Assembly (NCBI GenBank): GCA_964579005.1
Contig: CAZOFJ010000005.1
Location: forward strand, 2,859 to 66,858
Direction: 5' to 3'
DNA from: an uncultured Nitrospirota bacterium
GTDB taxonomy: Bacteria; Nitrospirota; Nitrospiria; SBBL01; Manganitrophaceae
Length of the DNA stretch: 64,000 bases
The position numbers and the translations under genes were made by a program. Below are positions 60,249 through 64,000 of this stretch, one piece after another. The stretch's first letter is position 1; each line of letters starts with the position of its first letter. The notes under the pieces were generated by a model. The model made no database searches and was not told the DNA's origin. It saw nothing but the letters and a program-made list of their open reading frames with translations.

Positions 60249-60529
60249 AGGTTGTGATACACCATGCGCCGAACGGCTGTCAAGATCACTTCGAAGGCCC
60301 ACCGCGATCACCAGACTCGATTCGATACACCCCGTATCTCTTTCCCTCGATCACCGTCCTCGTTTCTAAATGATTTTACCTAAGATACTTCTTGTGTATT
60401 TCTCTTTCTCACTCGCTTATAACCTGGTTCTTAGGGGACGGCATTTTGATTGCACTAAACATGTAATAAATGAAGAAAAGGCGCGTCGTGAGGGACAACC
60501 ACGATAGGGAAGGGAAAAAGGAGGTGGCC

Positions 60530-61417
60530 ATGTCAAAAGTCAAATTGTTTTGGGACCCGGTTGGATTTCAGCTCAACACCCTTGGCACGAACAAGCTTGT
60601 CCGGATCACCGACGGCGATACGCCGTATGTGTCGATGTCAATCCGAATGCTCAGCATCGATACGCCGGAGGTTCATTACCCCGGGAACAGTGATCCTTCT
60701 CTCCATGATGAAAAATTGGTTGAACTGGCCGATTGGATTCAGACCGGAAAGGCCCCGATCCATTCCGGCCTGGCCGCTTATCTCCATCCCAAGCTTGCCA
60801 CCGGAAGCGCCGGCAGTCTGCAGAAACAACAGGGAGACGCCGCGACGGAGGAGTTCCAACGGCTTTTGGATGCAAAACTGACCCGGCCAAACGGAGAGAA
60901 GCGCTCCCTCTTCCTCCGCACGGCCAACCGTCCGTTCGATGAATATGGTCGGTTGCTGGCCTATGTCTCTCCCTCTTACACCCAAACAGAGCTGGCGTCG
61001 CTGAGCCCGCGGGAACGGGCGACCTTCAACCTGATGCTGATTGAATCGGGGTGGGCGGCCTCGTTCCCAATCTATCCGAGTCTTCCCCGATACACCGATC
61101 TGACCCTCCTTCAGGAGGTTGGGAAGGAGGCACAGGAAGGGGGGAAAGGGGCCTGGTCCGATCCGATGATGCTGACCGGCTATGAGTTTCGGATGTGTTT
61201 CAAGCTCTGGGAGGTGACGAAGAAGCTCGTCAAGGGAGAGAAGATGACGACCAAGGAGAAATATGGGTGGATCGATCGGTATTGCGCCGATATGACCACC
61301 GGCGAAATTTTCTTCCCCCAGGAATATTACCGGGTGTCGGCCTATAACCGAATCTTTATTTGGCCCCAGGATGTGACAGAAGCGGTCGGAAAACTGAATC
61401 TTGTTCCGGGGGGATAG
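60530..61417 (+). CDS. Thermonuclease (SNase)-like protein with C-terminal extension
   Basis: GGAGGTGG lies before the ATG at 60530. VRITDGDTPYV...IRMLSIDTPE matches the SNase calcium/active-site pattern. Confidence 0.6.
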   Translation: MSKVKLFWDPVGFQLNTLGTNKLVRITDGDTPYVSMSIRMLSIDTPEVHYPGNSDPSLHDEKLVELADWIQTGKAPIHSGLAAYLHPKLATGSAGSLQKQQGDAATEEFQRLLDAKLTRPNGEKRSLFLRTANRPFDEYGRLLAYVSPSYTQTELASLSPRERATFNLMLIESGWAASFPIYPSLPRYTDLTLLQEVGKEAQEGGKGAWSDPMMLTGYEFRMCFKLWEVTKKLVKGEKMTTKEKYGWIDRYCADMTTGEIFFPQEYYRVSAYNRIFIWPQDVTEAVGKLNLVPGG

Positions 61418-61455
61418 GGTCAAACGGATAACACGTATAACGAGGAGAATCACGA

Positions 61456-61683
61456 ATGATCTCTGAGATCATTCGTGCAATGGGAAACCACCCGACGCTT
61501 TCCTTTTTGCTTGTTGCCGGGCTGCTTGTTTTCATGACCGGGTTGTTTCGAACCATCGGTTTCTATGCCTGGTATGTCGTGGTGATTCTGCTCGCCTGGG
61601 GCGGTGCGTTCTTGGCGGGGAACTTTCTTTATTTCTGGGTTTTTGTGTTGGGAATGGCGACCGCCTTTGCCGAAATCAGTTGA
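61456..61683 (+). CDS. Small three-TM membrane protein (75 aa)
   Basis: Hydrophobic ORF. No recognisable motif. Confidence 0.45.
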   Translation: MISEIIRAMGNHPTLSFLLVAGLLVFMTGLFRTIGFYAWYVVVILLAWGGAFLAGNFLYFWVFVLGMATAFAEIS

Positions 61684-61761
61684 ACAAACCTCACCGGTTC
61701 GAAAATTAGAGGCGGTCGGAAGTTCTTAAAGAGCGATATTGCCGGTTTAGAGGGGACGAGC

Positions 61762-62610
61762 ATGTGGGAAAAACAGTCAACTCATTTCAAGGTCGATGAG
61801 CAAGCGTTTTTGCTCGATGAAGCGCGGATGCGCCTCTCTCATCGGTATTCTTCTCGGATTGGGGTCGATCCCGGCTTGGAGCGGCTGACCGATATATTGA
61901 GCGGGGCCGCGCTGAACGGTTTTCTCGCAAAATACCTCCCGATCATCGCGGCAGCCAGAAAGCTTTTTTCCGAAGTCTATCAACTGCTCCCCGATCCATC
62001 TTGCGCGTTTGTCTTGACCGATTCCACGGGACGGATGATCGACCTCTTTTCGGCGCCGGAACTGATCTTCCTGTGTGCCGAAAAAGGGGTTGTTCCCGGG
62101 GCCTCTCTTTCCGATCAGAGTTGCGGGACCAACGCGGTTGCATTGGCGCTCGACGATGGCCGGCCGGTCATGGTCAAGGGCCGACAACACTTTTGCCGCC
62201 TGTTCCACGACTGGTATTGTGTGGCGGCGCCGGTCCTTGACACGGCAGGGGAGCCGGTGGGGTGTGTCGATTTTTCAACCGGTCATGAAGCTGGAATCGG
62301 CGAGAAGCGGCCCCTCTTGACGATGCTGGCGGAAAAACTGGCGGCCTGGTTTCCACGCGAAAACGATCTTTCCGCGGAGGTGACCCCTCATCCTGCAGCG
62401 CCCGCGGCGACACCCATTTTTTCTTCGCGCCAGATGAGAATCTTGGCGATGGTGGCAAAAGGACTCACGAGCAAAGAGATCGGGGCGGTGCTTGCGATTT
62501 CGGCCCGGACCGTTGAGACCCATCTCGAACGGATGCGGACGAGAGCCCGGGCAAGAACAACCGCCCAGTTGGTCGCCCTGGCCTTTCATCCCGACCGGAT
62601 CTCGATCTGA
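61762..62610 (+). CDS. LuxR-family transcriptional regulator with N-terminal GAF-like sensor domain
   Basis: C-terminal HTH SSRQMRILAMVAKGLTSKEIGAVLAISARTVETHLERM. The N-terminal ~190 aa resemble the AcoR-type GAF region. Confidence 0.75.
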   Translation: MWEKQSTHFKVDEQAFLLDEARMRLSHRYSSRIGVDPGLERLTDILSGAALNGFLAKYLPIIAAARKLFSEVYQLLPDPSCAFVLTDSTGRMIDLFSAPELIFLCAEKGVVPGASLSDQSCGTNAVALALDDGRPVMVKGRQHFCRLFHDWYCVAAPVLDTAGEPVGCVDFSTGHEAGIGEKRPLLTMLAEKLAAWFPRENDLSAEVTPHPAAPAATPIFSSRQMRILAMVAKGLTSKEIGAVLAISARTVETHLERMRTRARARTTAQLVALAFHPDRISI

Positions 62611-62970
62611 CCTGTAGTAATCCCCTAGAACTGGATAGGTGGCTTAGTGACGAAGTATGATCCTGTCCAAGAAAGGGGGAAGAGATGCAATGCAGGAGAT
62701 TTAGGCCTTCCACTATCATTGGAACCAAAATGTAGGTTAAGGATCTGTAAAATGATAATATGCGACCCCCGCGTTGAAGGACAAGTACCGGCCCCGGAAC
62801 CGAGAGTTTCTACTCTTTTAGACCTTCTTTCCGTTTTCAAAGAGCAAACTTTAAACGCGATCGCAAATGTTCGGCAAGGGTCTCGCCTGCTCTGGACTTA
62901 CAGGCCGTTTGCAGCCCAATTCTCCACATGACTTTTTACGGGACCATCAGAACTGGTTACACACTGTATT

Positions 62971-63480
62971 CTATCGGTTGGCTCGCTGCAGCACCATCTG
63001 CGGCTCGACGTTTTCAACATCGGCGATCCTCTCCAGCGCCGAAATGTCTGTAAGCGCGTCGGCGATCTCTCCCGAACGCGCCTGCAGCCAGGCCGCGTGC
63101 GGCGCATATTCGAGGCGCTGCACAATCTCGTAACCGGCTTGCTCAATTTCCTGGAGGCGTTGTTCAACCGGGATCTTTTCTTTGAAGCGGATGAAGATAC
63201 GCCCCGTCGGGACGGCGGGCGCGCCGCCTGGTGGCAGCGTGTAGACCGGGCCGATTTTGCCGGGGGCGTTGTTCTTCTTTTCCGCTTCCCCTCGGAATAT
63301 CTCGATCCGATCTTCTCCTTCACCCATCGCGAGGACCGGGTTTTCAGCGGGGGGCCGGTCGGGCTGCGGGCCATGGACGGCGTAGTGGTCGGGCAGGCGG
63401 GTATAGACCGTGACGGGCGGTTGCGTGCGGCTCCGCACTTCACGGGGAAATTTGGGAAGGGGATTTTTCTCGGAAGCCAT
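62971..63480 (-). CDS. Hypothetical protein (169 aa); C-terminal part resembles a subtilase pro-region
   Basis: ...VPTGRIFIRFKEKIP...LEYAPHAAWLQARSGEIADALTDISALERIADVENVEPQMV resembles, from memory only, the segment preceding the catalytic domain in one S8 peptidase family. No catalytic domain follows. Confidence 0.4.
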   Translation of the reverse strand: MASEKNPLPKFPREVRSRTQPPVTVYTRLPDHYAVHGPQPDRPPAENPVLAMGEGEDRIEIFRGEAEKKNNAPGKIGPVYTLPPGGAPAVPTGRIFIRFKEKIPVEQRLQEIEQAGYEIVQRLEYAPHAAWLQARSGEIADALTDISALERIADVENVEPQMVLQRANR

Positions 63481-63615
63481 CTCAACACCTGCAACGGAGA
63501 TGAAGCCGGCAAACGCCGTTCCGTTTTGAATTTGGATGCCTGATCAGTTTTATATATATAGAGAGGATACGCGCCGTGCAATCAAAAAACAACCCACACA
63601 ACAGGAGGTCAATCT

Positions 63616-64000
63616 ATGTACTCGTTCCGATATGGTGGCAAGACCGGCAAGCGGTACTCCCTCACAACGAGCAACGAACACGTTGTGGTCCGCACAACCC
63701 ACCGAGCACCCGTGCTTACCGAAAGAGCGTTCGAGGTAGCACCGGTGTCGGCCGAAGCCCGCGCCCTTCTCCGTAACTTCGACCTGGCGGTCCGCTTTCG
63801 TGAGGCCGGGGTCGATGTCCTGCGCGCGATGCCGACCCGCCGCGCCAAGAACCTGCGCGACCGGGCGCGCGAGGTGTTGAAACACGAGCCGGAGATCGAA
63901 TTTGCCGGCCGGGTTCTCGTCGATCCGAAGGCCGGTCGGCCGGTCATCTATACCGAAAACTTCTTCGTCAAATTCGACGGCGACGAGAGCGCCACCGCCT
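63616..64000 (+). CDS. Hypothetical protein, N-terminal 128 aa (3' end outside window); possible S8-peptidase N-terminal region
   Basis: Not in the ORF track because it has no stop within the window. AGGAGG lies 7 nt before the ATG at 63616, and the frame is open to 64000. MYSFRYGGKTGKRYSL..EHVVVRT...FAGRVLVDPKAGRPVIYTENFFVKF. Confidence 0.5.
   Translation, partial: MYSFRYGGKTGKRYSLTTSNEHVVVRTTHRAPVLTERAFEVAPVSAEARALLRNFDLAVRFREAGVDVLRAMPTRRAKNLRDRAREVLKHEPEIEFAGRVLVDPKAGRPVIYTENFFVKFDGDESATA

Noticed and set aside
1-64000. I looked for rRNA genes, further tRNAs, tmRNA/RNase P-like conserved boxes, CRISPR arrays and transposase genes.
   Set aside because: None was recognised by eye. The only T-arm-like GGTTCGA/GATCGAACC signatures are the tRNA-Ala and its att copy. 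A covariance-model scan (Infernal/Rfam, tRNAscan-SE) would be needed to be certain.

Overview
GC-rich chromosomal window with one integrated mobile element and several accessory patches. The host may be Nitrospirota-like; that is an inference from gene content only. No rRNA genes or CRISPR arrays were seen.

Contents in order:
1. The 3' end of a giant multicopper-oxidase (MCO)-like gene, plus a hemerythrin gene.
2. An 8.3-kb element integrated into the 3' end of tRNA-Ala(GGC), bounded by exact 45-48-nt direct repeats. It carries a tyrosine integrase, an AlpA/Xis-like HTH protein, a DnaB-N/AAA replication helicase followed by iterons, an HK97 prohead-protease::major-capsid fusion, a Nu1-like small terminase and HicAB. 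It has no portal, large terminase or tail genes, which is a phage-satellite (PICI / capsid-forming-PICI-like) layout.
3. purA and an SGNH hydrolase.
4. A second, complete 1608-aa MCO-like gene behind a sigma-54-type promoter. It is followed by genes for a lipoprotein, an OM beta-barrel, acireductone dioxygenase, a CopD-like protein and a second hemerythrin.
5. Three tandem paralogous lipoprotein genes (IPT/TIG domain plus seven Asp-box/BNR blades), each preceded by the same 18-bp palindrome.
6. hutH, a DnaJ-like gene, an orphan cytochrome bd-like subunit, GST-like, methyltransferase, GNAT and yqgE genes, and an NHL propeller.
7. A patch that looks AT-richer by eye, with a PAS/sigma-54 activator, two Crp/Fnr regulators and small membrane proteins that share a fixed promoter architecture.
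8. pgpA-pncC-thpR-recA-pilT-recX-alaS-mltG-deoB, a DUF4258/DUF2283 pair, a LuxE-LuxC-aminotransferase operon, a nuclease, a LuxR-type regulator and a gene truncated by the window end.

Three families of short interspersed repeats are present, including a ~180-bp MITE with 3-bp target-site duplications.

All functional calls come from motif recognition by eye; no searches were run. Coordinates of non-coding sites may be off by 1-2 nt.
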